Shown here piece by piece: positions 23,824 through 35,814 of a stretch of 47,932 bases of DNA. The DNA comes from Octopus sinensis. Its lineage: Eukaryota. How positions within the stretch are numbered: the stretch's first letter is position 1; every line of letters starts with the position of its first letter. The DNA lies in contig NW_021834480.1 of NCBI RefSeq assembly GCF_006345805.1, positions 1 to 47,932 of the forward strand. The letters are read 5' to 3'. The notes below the pieces were generated by a model that saw only the letters and a program-made list of their open reading frames with translations, made no database searches and was not told the origin of the DNA. A program made the translations under genes and the position numbers.

Positions 23824-24023
23824 GAGCAATGGAGACAGTAGAACTGCGCGGCGCCGGGCAAATCGTAATTCACGGCTTGGTTCAATAGTTTCGAGGCCTC
23901 CGCAGGTTTCATGTCGACGTGGATTTGATCAACGTCCCTCAAATAACGTTTGGTCTTCCATTTCTTCTTAAAACAACAAGCAGATTTGTTCTTATGGAAT
24001 CCTTTCCTCGACGTGTGGGTCAT
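23824..24023 (-). CDS. ZNF593: ZNF593/BUD20 (pre-60S ribosome biogenesis zinc finger protein), coding exon 1
   Basis: Encodes MTHTSRKG...KTKRYLRDVDQIHVDM...DLPGAAQFYCLHC(S), matching the ZNF593/Bud20 motifs 'RDxDQI' and 'DLPGxxQFYCLHC'. ACCATG start context; phase-2 donor GTAAGT at 23823. Confidence 0.95.
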
Positions 24024-24029
24024 GGTTGT

Positions 24030-24225
24030 TTACACGTGCCGAGTCAGAGAATAAAGAGGAAGTTGGTGTTTGTTGCAATAACTCTTCTGTTAAGTGGAGG
24101 TAGATTTAGTGGTGGGGAGGTGCCAGCTCTGACGTCATTCATCAAAGTCCGGTCTCGTCTTTTCCTGACCGGACAACTTTAAACGACAAAACAATCAGCT
24201 GATTTCTCTACACAGCCAATGCTTT
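24030..24225 (-). promoter_or_regulatory. Putative ZNF593 promoter/5'UTR
   Basis: E-box CACGTG 24033-24038, minus-strand pyrimidine tract CTTCCTCTTT 24062-24053, CRE palindrome TGACGTCA 24130-24137, CCAAT near 24216; CpG-retaining unique DNA directly upstream of the ATG. Confidence 0.6.
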
Positions 24226-24802
24226 ATTTAATAATAATAATTAGTATTATTTGGCGATCGATACGATATAGTTTCGATTCGAAGTTAAGAACCAATTCGC
24301 TTCACTTTCTTGGCTGAAGTTTTGAGAAAAAATATGTCAAAAGACGTTTCTTTCTTCTATAAATAAGAACTCCAAGAGTGTGTATCCTTATAATAATTTA
24401 CTTGTTTCAGTCATTTGTTGCGGCCATGCTGGAACACCACCTTAAAGGGTGTTTTTAATCGAGCAAATCGACCCCAGGACTTATCCTTCGTAAGCCTAGT
24501 ACTTATTCTATCGATTTCCTTTGCCAATCTGCTAGTTTACGTGGACGTAAACACACCAACATCGATTATCAAGCGATGGTGGGGCACAAACACAGACACA
24601 CACACACACAAACACATATAAATATATGACAGGCTTCTTTCAGTTTCCATCTACCAAATCCACTCACAAGGCTTTGGTCGGCCCGAGGTTATAGTAAAAG
24701 ATGCTTACCCAAGGTACCACGTAGTAGGACTGAACCCTGAACCATGTGGTTGGGAAACAAGCTTCTTACCACACTCCCACGCCTGTGCCTATGTATCTCT
24801 CT

Positions 24803-25016
24803 TTTACTCTTTTACTTGTTTCAGTCATGTGACTGTGGCCATGCTGGAGCACCGCCTTTAGTCGATCAAATCGACCCCAGGACTTATTCTTTGTAAGCCT
24901 AGTACCTATTTTATCGGTCTCCTTTTTTGCCGAACCGCTAAGTTACGGGGACGTAAACACACCAGCATCGGTTGTCAAGCGATGTTGGGGGGACAAACAC
25001 AGACACACAAACATGC

Positions 25017-25047
<31 letters not shown>

Positions 25048-25210
25048 CGACGGGCTTCTTTCAGTTTCCGTCTACCAAATCCACTCAAAAGGCTTTGGTC
25101 GACCCGAGGCTATAGTAGAAGACACTTACCCAAGGTGCCACGCAGTGGGACTGAACCCGGAACCATGTGGTTGGTAAGCAAGCTACTTACCACACAGCCA
25201 CTCCTACGCC
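24803..25210 (-). mobile_element. About 400-bp tRNA-derived SINE family (also near 12728, 13355, 24399, 28735, 35045, and 36736 on plus)
   Basis: Head GGCGTAGGAGTGGCTGTGTGGTAAG...GGTTCAGTCCC (A/B-box-like), internal (TA)/(TG) microsatellite, tail AAACAAGTAAAAGAGT; many near-identical copies. Confidence 0.9.
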
Positions 25211-25875
25211 TATGTTTGGTAATATATCTTTTTTTTCAGCCATTGGACTGTCTCAAAAGTTTCTTTAGTCAAACAACTCAGTATGTATTCTATTGGTTTA
25301 TTTTGCTGAACTGCTAAGTTACAGGGACATATGCACAAGGCAATGCTGGTTGGATATATACACACATTACAGGTTCCTTCCAGTTTCCGCCTATCAAATC
25401 CACTTACAAGGTGTAAAACGCTTCCTTTTTTCCGAGCTGAGATTTGAAACCAAATCTGAGTATTCTTGCTCATCTGATCCACCACTGGCCAAACGGGTGT
25501 GAAAGAAATTTCTCTGTCCTGTCAAAAAGTGATGGATGGATTTCTCTTCGACCTCTGACCTGAGCTGTTTTATTTAAGGTTCAAGTGGACAAGAGGCGAC
25601 CTACATAGGTAGAAATTACTCCTGTGGTATATCTGTCCTTCTAGCTGGGATGACCCTTATAAATACAGTCAGACACACGACAGATAAGCAGACAGCCAGC
25701 AAGAGGCAAACGGTCAACAGACCGCAGTTAACTTGTGCCAGTCAAGCAGCCAACACAGAACCACATGTTCGGCATGAATGACCCAACACAGAACATACAC
25801 AGACATGACCAAATGACCAAAGCACACACAAACACAAAGCATGCCCAGTTCTACCACATCACATCAAGAGAGTAT

Positions 25876-26501
25876 GGATCTTTTCGGTTTGAACGGCAGT
25901 TTTTTCTAGCAGTGTCATATGAAATTGTCACCCATAATTATGACCCTAGTATCGATCTATTGCATTTCAATCTATTTTAGGGTTAGGGGTTGGGGGAAGG
26001 GTATCTTTTTTTCTTCAGAAATGTAAATAAACCCAATCTGTTTCTTAACCCTTTCGTTACTGTATTTATTTTGAGATGTTCTGTGTTTCTTTCAATTACT
26101 TTAAATATAACAAAGAATTTAGTAAAATAACTTAGTTATCATTCAGCTTGTATTAGGAACATAAATTGTGACTAAGGTTTGGTGGAAGATTTTAATTAAA
26201 GCCTTAAGAAAACAAGACATTTGTACAACAGAGCCAGAGCTAGTTTCAGCCGGGTTGGTAACAAAAGGGTTAAACAAGGGACATTTTCATATGGCACAGA
26301 ATGTTTTCACCTCAATAGACGTCATTGATTGGTTGAAATTGAAGAAAAAAAACACCAAATATCTTACAAACCATAGAATTTTCTCAATAAAGCCAAGAGA
26401 AAAGATGTTTTATAAACACATTCTACCAGTATACGAAGTTTTAAAGTATTTAGTTACGTGGAAATTATTTTTAAAAACTGCCATTCAAACCGAAAAGATC
26501 C
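25876..26501. mobile_element. Merlin-like MITE with nested piggyBac-like MITE (26049-26269)
   Basis: Same TIRs; TSD (G/C)AGAGTAT; inner element TTAA|CCCTTTCGTTAC...GTAACAAAAGGG|TTAA. Confidence 0.85.
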
Positions 26502-27024
26502 CAGAGTATTTCTCCTGTTTATTTTTTACTTTGCCAACTTGAATCAAGTTGGTAATGTTATGTAGCAGATTTTCTTGTGCATACAACACATAAATGCAAG
26601 TGTCAATTAAATTATTCAAACCACAATCTGATGCTTTCCCATTATTTTACTTTGATCTCGTCCACATGCCTGTTTCATCTTCTACATCAACAGCATCTTT
26701 TGCTACACATCCCGCTACAAAGGTTTTGGTTGGACTCTTGCTATAACAAAAGATACTTGCCCAAAGTGCCATGCAGTGGGACTGAACCTGGAACCATGTG
26801 GTTGGGAAGCAAACTTCTTATTTGTTTACTACCCACAAGGGGCTAAACATAGAGGGGACAAACAAGGACAGACAAAAGGATTAAGTCGATTATATCGACC
26901 CCAGTGCATAACTGGTACTTAATTTATCAACCCCAAAAGGATGAAAGGAAAAGTCAACCTTGGTGGAATTTGAACTCAGAACATAAAGAAAGAAAACATT
27001 AATGCAAGAGTAGTGATGTTGGCC

Positions 27025-27329
27025 GTGGAGGTACATGGCCTAGTGGTTAGAGCAGCGGACTCACGGTCGAGGGATCATGGGTTCGAACCTCAGACCGGGC
27101 AATGTGTGTGTTTATGAGCGAAACACCTAAGCTCCATGCAGCTCTGGCAGAACGTAATGGCAAAACTTCTGCTGACTCTTTCGCCACAACTTTCTCTCAC
27201 TCTTTCCTCCTGCATCTTGCAACTCACCTGCGACGGACCGGCGTCCCATTCAGGTGGGGAACCTATGCGCCAAGAAACCAGGAAACCGGCCCTTATGAGC
27301 CAGGCATGGCTCGAGAAGGAACAAACAAC
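27025..27329 (+). mobile_element. Full-length tRNA-derived SINE (second copy 45000-45311, minus)
   Basis: A-box TGGCCTAGTGG, B-box GGTTCGAACC; TSD AGTGATGTTGGC at 27012-27023 and 27330-27341. Confidence 0.9.
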
Positions 27330-27757
27330 AGTGATGTTGGCTGGGATAATCATATTACACTTGTGCTCTGCCCTCTCCCTCTCTTTTACTGGTCCTCTCT
27401 TTACAGCTCCTCTGCCTCCTTAACACCTCATCTTTCTCTTCCTAATGTATATTGCACCACTATCCTCTCCCCAGCTTTTCATATTCACCGAACCCTCTCA
27501 TTCATATAACATAGGGTCATATGAACTCATTTTACTATCATTATCTCACACACACACATTCACACACTCTCTTTCTGTTTCTCTCTCTCTCCCCTTCTAA
27601 GTCTGTCATTTCTCTTTCATGACTTCCCCCAGCCCTGTCCCTTCTTTTACCTTTTCATAAAAATGAATTTGTTCTTCCCATCATACTTTTACTTCACTTA
27701 ACACCTCACCTTCAACTCTCCTCATATCATCACCCTCTCCTTTAGTCTTCCTCTTAA

Positions 27758-28329
27758 CCCTTTCGTTACCAACCCAGCTGAAACCACCTCTGGCTCTGTA
27801 ATACAAATGTCTTGTTTCCATAAGTTTTGAATTAAAACCTTTCACCAAACCTCAGTCACAATTTATGTTCCTAACACTAAGCTTAATGATAACTAAGTTA
27901 TTTTACTAAATTCTTTGTAATATTTAAAGTAATTGAAAGAAACACAGAGCATCTCAAAATAAATACGGTAACAAAAGGGGGTTAAAGTACTGGAAACTCT
28001 TTAACATTACAGGTTACACAGGAGAACTTTTATCAAGCCAGATGTGTTTAACCCTTTTGATACCAACCCAGTTGAAACCAGCTCTGGCTCTCAGTACAAA
28101 TGTCTTGTTTTCATAAATTTTGAATTAAAATCTTTCACCAAACCTCAGTCACAATTTATGTTCCTAACACTAGCTTAATGATAACCAAGTTATTTTACTA
28201 AATTCTTTGTAATATTTAAAATAATTGAAAGAAACACAGAGCATCTCAAAATAAATACGGCAACAAAAGGGGGTTAAAGTACTGGAAACTCTTTAACATT
28301 ACAAGTTACACAGGAGAACTTTTATCAAG
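27758..28329. mobile_element. Two tandem piggyBac-like MITEs (27758-27981, 28052-28273) with duplicated 3' flank
   Basis: TTAA-flanked CCC...GGG termini; the ~52-bp flank AGTACTGGAAACTC...ATCAAG follows both copies. Confidence 0.85.
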
Positions 28330-28407
28330 ACAGTTGTTACGATGTAAGTTGGGTTAAAAACAAAGGCAAAATAACAATGGAAAACAAAGGTTTACACTTT
28401 ATTTTAT

Positions 28408-28447
28408 TATTCAATATTTCGGGTCTAAAAAACCCTTATCAAGAAAA
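28408..28447 (-). ncRNA. Minimal type-I hammerhead ribozyme motif, U3:A8 core variant
   Basis: TTTTC-TTGATAA-GGGT[TTTTTAG]ACCC-GAAA-TA-TT-GAATA; short stem I. Confidence 0.55.
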
Positions 28448-29430
28448 GAAATACTGAAAACTGATATTACCTCCAATCACTGATAAGAGGACATAGAAAG
28501 ATGGGGGTGGGGGTGGGGGAACAGGTAGATGGGAAAAGGAAATTTGCTAATTAGCATCACGAAACATTTGTCTGTTGTTGAGGCAGGGTTTTAGTCTCTT
28601 TTTTTTTAACCAATAAGTTTTGTTTCCTTCGTTTGTAGGAATTGTTATGGGTAAACAAGTTCTTCATTGGATCCAAAAGACGATTTCCCATTTCACTTCC
28701 TCATTTCACCTAGATTATCTTTTTTTTCTTTTTTGTTTACTTGTTCCAGTCATTAGACTGTGGCCATACTGGAGGCACCACCTTACAGAAATTTTAGTGG
28801 GGACATAAACACACCAACACCAGTTATCAAGTGGTGGTGGTGGTGGGGGGAACAAGCATTAACACAAAAATACTCGCACACACACATACATACATGCATG
28901 CATACAATGGGCTTCTTTCAGTTTCCTTCTACCAAATCCACTCACAAGACTTTGATTGACCTGAGGCTATGATAGAAGATACTTGCTCATGATGCCTCGC
29001 AGTGGGACTGAACCTTGAACCATGTGGTTAGGAAGCAAACTTCTTACCACACAGCCATGCCTCTGCCTTATTTTACTTACTTTCCTGATGCAGTTGAGAA
29101 AAGCATGATTGTCACAAAATCACTTTTTATATTCGTTGATAATCTGGAATTTTCTCATTAATTTCCTTGTTTTCATCCATAGGAAAACGGTGATGAAAAA
29201 AATGAGAGAATTACATTGAATTCTGTGATGTATTTAGATCTGTATCTTTTTGTTCTGAGTTCAAATCTTTTCAAGCCACACTTATCTTGTCCTGGATAAG
29301 GGGCCATTAAAATAAATACCCATAACATAATTGTAAAGATGTTTTTTATGAATTATTAATAAAAATAAATTACTGTTGTTCTTGTTGTTGTTGTTTCTGA
29401 GTGAAGTTGTATGTTCAAAACTTGTTTGTC

Positions 29431-30309
29431 TCAGTTTCCTAATATTCTACGAGCAAATGAAGAAGAAACACACTCGGGTCTCGATGTAGCTAATGGTAAA
29501 ATTTCCATTTTGTTGTATTTGATGCTATTTGTGTTCTGTTTAAGAGAGAAACCATTTTGAGTCAAAGACTTTGGAACAGAAGCAGTATCCTTATTCACTG
29601 ATAACGTTTTCAAAGGTTGGTTCCACATACATTTCTGTAAAGTTTTTGGTGAAAAGGAAGCAACTCTTTTAGTGTTTAAAGAATTTCTGCTATCTCTCAT
29701 AGAATTATGGTTGTTTAATTTCGACACCCAGTCCTTGTAGGAACCAAAATTCAAAAGTCTTTGACTTTCAGTGATTTTTTTTTGGTAAATTTTCCCCATT
29801 GTAGTTTTTAAGCGATCTTGGTAAGGCATAAAACCATGAATAGAAGAATAGATGAATGTAGGACTGTCAAGAACTGACTGGTGGAAACGCGACCTGAATG
29901 CTTTGGATTTTGTAATCAATATATCAGAATTGTTTATATTTGTTTTATCTGAATTTGCCTGCAGATGTATCGAAGCCTTGTAATCTTGAATACCATTGTT
30001 CTCAGTAGTGTCACATTTAGATTCAGCCAAAAAAGTTGGTGCTTTTTTGGTAAGCTTCAAATTCGAAATGCTTTTCTCTTGAATCCAAAATTTCTTGTAA
30101 GAATTTGGAGGAATCTGGAGGTTTTCTGTTGAAGACTTACTTAAAGCCACTTGCGAAATATCTAAAAGTAAATTGTTGGTTCTTATCGTATAAAAATGTT
30201 CGTATTTTGTGTCTTTGTAATTTTGCTTTTCAGCTTTATCTTTGCTTCTTAAACCAACCATTTTTCGTGAGAAATTCCTGTTATTTAAAGTAGGTTTCAA
30301 TTCTTTCAT
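29431..30309 (-). CDS. 292-aa orphan ORF, K/S/N/T-rich, no recognised domain
   Basis: About 880 nt open in AT-rich non-repetitive DNA. First ATG at 30309 in ACCATG context, with an in-frame TAA upstream. No RT, endonuclease or transposase motifs seen. Confidence 0.6.
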   Translation of the reverse strand: MKELKPTLNNRNFSRKMVGLRSKDKAEKQNYKDTKYEHFYTIRTNNLLLDISQVALSKSSTENLQIPPNSYKKFWIQEKSISNLKLTKKAPTFLAESKCDTTENNGIQDYKASIHLQANSDKTNINNSDILITKSKAFRSRFHQSVLDSPTFIYSSIHGFMPYQDRLKTTMGKIYQKKITESQRLLNFGSYKDWVSKLNNHNSMRDSRNSLNTKRVASFSPKTLQKCMWNQPLKTLSVNKDTASVPKSLTQNGFSLKQNTNSIKYNKMEILPLATSRPECVSSSFARRILGN

Positions 30310-30470
30310 GGTTTCTATTTCCACAGCAGTAAATCCCTTGGCATTGTCAATTTAATGGACTCAGGTGAGCACAAAAGAGTGATTCAAATTTAGGTTGGAC
30401 AATTTGTTTTTCAAATAAAACTAATTCATGTAGTAGCAGTTGATAGCAAATTAACCAAATTTGAAAGGGT

Positions 30471-30567
30471 TAGTAGTAGTAGTAGTAGTAGTAGTAGCAG
30501 TAGTAGCAGTAGTAATAGTAGTAGTAGTAGTAGTAGTAGTAGCAGCAGCAGCAGCAGTAGCAGCAGC

Positions 30568-30599
<32 letters not shown>

Positions 30600-30610
30600 A
30601 AGTAGTAGTT
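30471..30610. repeat. (TAG)n/(CAG)n microsatellite
   Basis: Direct reading. Confidence 0.95.
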
Positions 30611-31503
30611 ATAATTCTTTCTACTTTTGGCACAAGGCCAGCAATTTTAGGGTAAGAAGGACAAGTCAGTTAAATTGAGTGCAGTGCTTGACCAGGAGTT
30701 TATTTCATCAACCTCAAAGAGATGAGAAGCAAAAAGGGATGACCTTGGCAAAATTTAACCCAAACATAAAGAACTGGAAGAAATACCACCAGGCATTTTG
30801 TTTGACGCTAACCATTCTATTAATCCACCACCCTTGTAATAATGATAATAATAATAATAATAACTTATTTCATTTGTCATAAGGGTGAAGGGAGGAGGAA
30901 CATAATGAAGACAAATCACTGAGGTCGCAAAGTTCTTCCTAGAATTGATGATGGGTGTGGGGAAAAATTAGGAACCGAAATAATCAAATCCAATCATGTT
31001 GGAGTTGGTAGGATTTGATCCCAGAATAAGAAATTGATATATATTATCTTGTTGCCAATAATCCAGTGAATCCTTGTTCCTTGTTCTTCATACATTCACA
31101 TCAGGGTCAAACATATAACAAATTAATATTTGTCTTTAAAATGGTTGATCCTCACAGTTAAACAATAAAACACCTGGATTTATTGCCTGGTCTTCGTTCG
31201 TGTTTCTTTGTTGCAATGAAGAAGACCTCCAAGACTAAAAGAGTTTATGAATTCAGTTGTTAACGAAATATTCTTCCAGAAAAACTGGAATCACATCATA
31301 TTAATCCAAAGATGAATCTATATTGGAAAGAAAAGGAAAAAAAAAAGCATTAAGTCTGTAATTAGGAAGGATTACTTGAGACTTCAATAAAGGAAAAACC
31401 GTAATTATTTCAGAGAGTAAAAAATAAAATCTGTATAAAATATGTGTCAGTTGGTTGATTTCCAAGTAATGCTTTATCTTGCACAGACTGTGTTTGTGCA
31501 TGA

Positions 31504-31540
<37 letters not shown>

Positions 31541-31744
31541 TGTGTGTGAGAGAGAGAGAGAGAGAGAAAGAGAGAACAGAGGCAGTTAACATAAGAGGAG
31601 CAGGATGAGTGATGAGTGTCTGATAACTTTCTGAAAAATATACATTTTTAAAAATTAAATTTTGCAGAGATAGGTTTTCAGTGGAGCAGATTGTGACTAT
31701 GTGGATGAGATTCAGAAAAATAATGCATTTATTGAAAATATTCA

Positions 31745-32005
31745 AATGTGATCATGAGAGTGAAATGAACAAGTCGTGGGGTATAAAGAATGGAATAATC
31801 CCAAAAGTCATTGGAACTGTAGGACTCATCAAGAAGAGTGTGGGGTGGGAAGAAAACTTCCCTAATTAGACAGCATCAACATCTATACAGTCCAGATGAT
31901 TATCCTACAGGGGGATGGCCCCCACACGATAGAGGGTGCTGTTAATCAGGTGACATTGTTTCTAATGCACTACCTCAGGCCCATTGTTTGGACCTGGTCC
32001 TACTT
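31745..32005 (+). mobile_element. Degenerate R4/Dong-like LINE 3' end (restriction-like endonuclease region)
   Basis: EMNKSWGIKNGIIPKVIGTVGLIKK...INIYTVQMIILQG resembles the R4-clade C-terminus 'W...IIPVVIGALG..K...IQK..LLG'; frameshifted. Confidence 0.5.
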
Positions 32006-32307
32006 GATATAAAGTAGGGACCCATAAAAGATGTTGTCTTCGATTGATTAGAAGGACTGAAGGACCCGTGATGTTTGGGGAAGTACAAAGGAGAAATAGA
32101 AAAAGAAAGAAAACATTGAAACAATTGTGGGTGGGGGTGAGATCAACAACAATGACAAAAACAATAATAAGCAGAAACAATGAATAGTATGTTGTATTTT
32201 GGGAGGGTCATACTGCCAATAAATAAAAGCACATGCACTGGTACTGTTTCACTTCAGTTTTATTGCTAATTAAGTACATAATTAATCAATGAATCAATTA
32301 ATTAGTC

Positions 32308-32349
32308 TGACAAAGCCCTTTCATCACAGTTGTGACCCTATCAGTGTCA
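32308..32349 (-). ncRNA. Decayed minimal hammerhead motif, family B
   Basis: TGACA-CTGATAG-G-GTCAC[AACT]GTGAT-GAAA-GGGC-TT-TGTCA. Confidence 0.55.
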
Positions 32350-33125
32350 ACATGTGAAGGGCACGTCTCAGTGGTTAGAGCATAGTGAGTTCAATTCCTG
32401 GACTTGCCATATGTTGTGTTCTTGAGCAAGACACTTTATTTCACAAATTTAGTGGGAGGAGGCTAGTTGATTACATCGACCTCAGTGTTTCATTGATAAT
32501 TATTTCATCAACCTGTATTCTGATGGAAGAAGGAAAATATAGAACTGTGAAAGAAGTTTTTCCTTCAGATGTAAATCCACTGGGGCCTGAAGTGAGTATT
32601 GAACCTAGTGCCCCAGTGGTGAATTATGATGACATAAAATGGTAAGTTGAGATTATTTTAAAGAACTGTTAAAGACGCTTTGTTTGAAATAATTGATATC
32701 ACATAATCATTCTGGAGCGGGGCCAGGGTGACCGTTTCACCTTCATTGTAAAATTTTCATTTTATTCATTTTTCATGCGTTAATTGTCCCCACATGTGTG
32801 TTTGTCCCCTCTATGTCGGCCCCTTCTGGGCAATAAACAATCAACTTATTTCATCAACCTTGAAAGAATGAAGTGCAAAGTCAACCTAGGCAGAATTTGA
32901 ATTGATAACAGTAACAATAAGCTTTTCTACTAAAGGCCTGAAATTTGTGGGGAGGGGCTAGTTGATTATATCGACCCCAGTGTGTAACTGGTACTTATTT
33001 CATCAACCTTGATAGGATGAAAGACCAAGTTGACCTTGATGGAATTTGAACTCAGAACGTAAGGACGAACAAAATGCTGCTAAGCAGTTTGCACGGCTTG
33101 CTAACAATTCTGCCAGCTCGCTGCC

Positions 33126-33176
<51 letters not shown>

Positions 33177-33407
33177 GGCAAACTGGCAGAAACGTTAGCA
33201 CGCGGGGCAAAATGCGTAGCCGTACTTCGTCTGCCGTTTTGTTCTGAGTTCAAATTCCGCCGAGGTCGACTTTGCCTTTTTCCTTTCGGGGTCGATAAAT
33301 TAAGTACCAGTTACGCACTGGGGTCGATGTAATTGGCTTAATCCGTTTGTCTGTCCTTGTTTGTCCCTTCTGTGTTTAGCCCATTGTGGGTAGTAAAGAA
33401 ATAAATA

Positions 33408-33438
<31 letters not shown>

Positions 33439-33827
33439 TGATAATAATAATAATAAAAATGATCCTTTCTACAAAAAGCACAAAGCCTGAAATTTTGAAG
33501 GAGGGGACTAGTCGATTACATTGACTCCAGTGTATCACTGGTATTTAATTTATTAACCCCAAAAGGATGACAGGCAAAGTCAACCTCTGCAGAATAACGA
33601 TAATAATGATAATAATAATAATCCTTTCTACTATAGGCACAAGGCCTGAAATTTTGCAGAAGGGACTAGTTGATTACATCAATTCCAGTGTTCAACTGGT
33701 ACTTATTTTATTGACCCCAAAAGGGCGAAAGGCAAAATCAACCTCAGCGGAATTTGAACTCAGAACATAGCGATAGGTGAAATACCACTAAGCATTTCAT
33801 CCAGAGCGATTCTTCCAACTCCCTGCC

Positions 33828-33862
33828 TTAATAATGATAATAATAATAATAATAATAATAAC

Positions 33863-33948
<86 letters not shown>

Positions 33949-33949
33949 C

Positions 33950-34011
<62 letters not shown>

Positions 34012-34055
34012 TAATAATAATAATAATAATACCAACAACAATAACAATAATAATA
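33828..34055. repeat. (AAT)n microsatellite
   Basis: Direct reading; similar arrays at 283-337 and 33128-33176. Confidence 0.97.
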
Positions 34056-34278
34056 AACCTTTCTACAATAGACACAAGTCTGAAATTTTTGGGAAGGGGG
34101 CTAGTCAGTTATATTAACCTCCCCACCCCACCTCACCCTACCCAATCCCCTAAAGTTTGAATGGTACTAATTTTATGGCCCCGAAAGGATGAAAGACAAA
34201 GTTTGATCTGACAGAATTTGAACCGATAACAACAACAACAACAACAACAACAATAATAATAATAATAGTTTCTCTTAC

Positions 34279-34461
34279 CTTTTAGTTTTCCCCAAATAAA
34301 TTCACTGAAGATTATTTACTCTGGTCGAGTAATTAAGGTATCAAACATGTCCAGAGTTTTGGTTAATCTTCCACTTGATTGTGCTGTGTGTTATGTGTTG
34401 TGGTCTAAACACTGAGGAGACTGTCTCTCTCTCACAGCAAGTCCTCGCTCTAAGGGACAGA
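34279..34461 (-). other. Candidate non-coding (5'UTR or lncRNA) exon
   Basis: Acceptor ctctctggtttttacag and donor AG|GTAAGA; stops in all three frames; a strong downstream acceptor (ttttccttttctttccaatatag) lies at 31318. Confidence 0.35.
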
Positions 34462-34660
34462 CTGTAAAAACCAGAGAGACAGACAGACAGACAGAACGAC
34501 TTGGCTTTGGTGTTGCTGGTGTTGTCGGTCAAACAAAGAACTGCTACCAGGCTTTAGTATTCGACTGTGGTTGGGCTGAGATTAATCCTCTTCCTTCCCT
34601 CACGCCACTCCAGAATTTCCCAACTGGAAACATTATGGAGTTGAAGATAAACAGTACAAG

Positions 34661-34663
34661 ATT

Positions 34664-34694
<31 letters not shown>

Positions 34695-34862
34695 GTTTCT
34701 CTTTCTTTCTTTATGCTTCTCTCTCTCTCGCTTTCTTTTTTCTTTCTGTTTCTCTCTTTGTTATTTGTTTGTTTTTTTTTCTTCTTTCTGCTTCTCTCTC
34801 TCTCCTTTATTTCTTCTTTATTCTTTCTTTCTTTCTCTTCTTTCCTTCTTTCCTTCTTTCTG

Positions 34863-34894
<32 letters not shown>

Positions 34895-35035
34895 TATCTT
34901 TGTTCTTTCTTCTTTTGCTTCTCTTCCTCTCTCTCTTTCTTTTTTCTTTCTGTTTATCCTCTTTGTTTGTTTTTTTCTTTCTTTCTTTCTGCTTCTCTCT
35001 TTTTTCTCTTTCTTTCTTTCTTTCTTGTTTCCTGC
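34661..35035. repeat. CT-rich polypyrimidine low-complexity tract
   Basis: Direct reading. Confidence 0.95.
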
Positions 35036-35309
35036 TTCTCCCTACGGTGGACTTCTTTCAGTTTCCACCTACCAAATCCACTCACAAGGCTTTGGTTAGC
35101 CTGAGGCTATAGTAGAAGACACCTGCCCAAGGTGCCTCACAGAGGGATTGAACCTGTAACCATATGGCTGGGAAGCAATCTTCTTACCACACAGCCACGC
35201 GTATTTCTTTGGTTTTAAGTGTTCTCAGCGTTGTAGATTGCGAAGTGTGAGCATACATAAAACTGGTGTTGGTAGGAGAGAACTTTCTGTGTGTAAACAC
35301 CACATAATA

Positions 35310-35325
35310 CATACATACATGTATG

Positions 35326-35356
<31 letters not shown>

Positions 35357-35402
35357 TGTATGTATGTATGTATGTATGTATGTATGTATGTATCTATGTA
35401 TG

Positions 35403-35434
<32 letters not shown>

Positions 35435-35703
35435 TGTAGATATATACATATATATCTGTGTGTGTTTGTATGTGTGCATTGTGTATGTATTTACTTTTGA
35501 TGAATATGGATTATTATGTATGTATAGTATATGTATGCATATGTCGTATATATATGTGTGTGTATGTATGTATGCACATACAATACTATATGTCTGTATG
35601 TGTATGCACAGAGACACACATGCATACATACATATATACATACATATATAATATATATTGATTAAAACGGTAAGACAACAAAAGAAAACAGATATATATA
35701 TAT

Positions 35704-35767
<64 letters not shown>

Positions 35768-35768
35768 G

Positions 35769-35814
<46 letters not shown>

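Noticed and set aside
23919-24182. 87-aa plus-strand ORF overlapping ZNF593 exon 1
   Set aside because: Antisense shadow ORF with a non-ATG start and no recognisable homology.
25510-25630. Diverged repeat shared with about 43615-43730
   Set aside because: Probably an old TE fragment; no termini or class identifiable.
27025-27100. tRNA-like sequence (also 45240-45311 and 47031-47105)
   Set aside because: SINE heads continuing into a body, tail and TSD; no proper acceptor stem.
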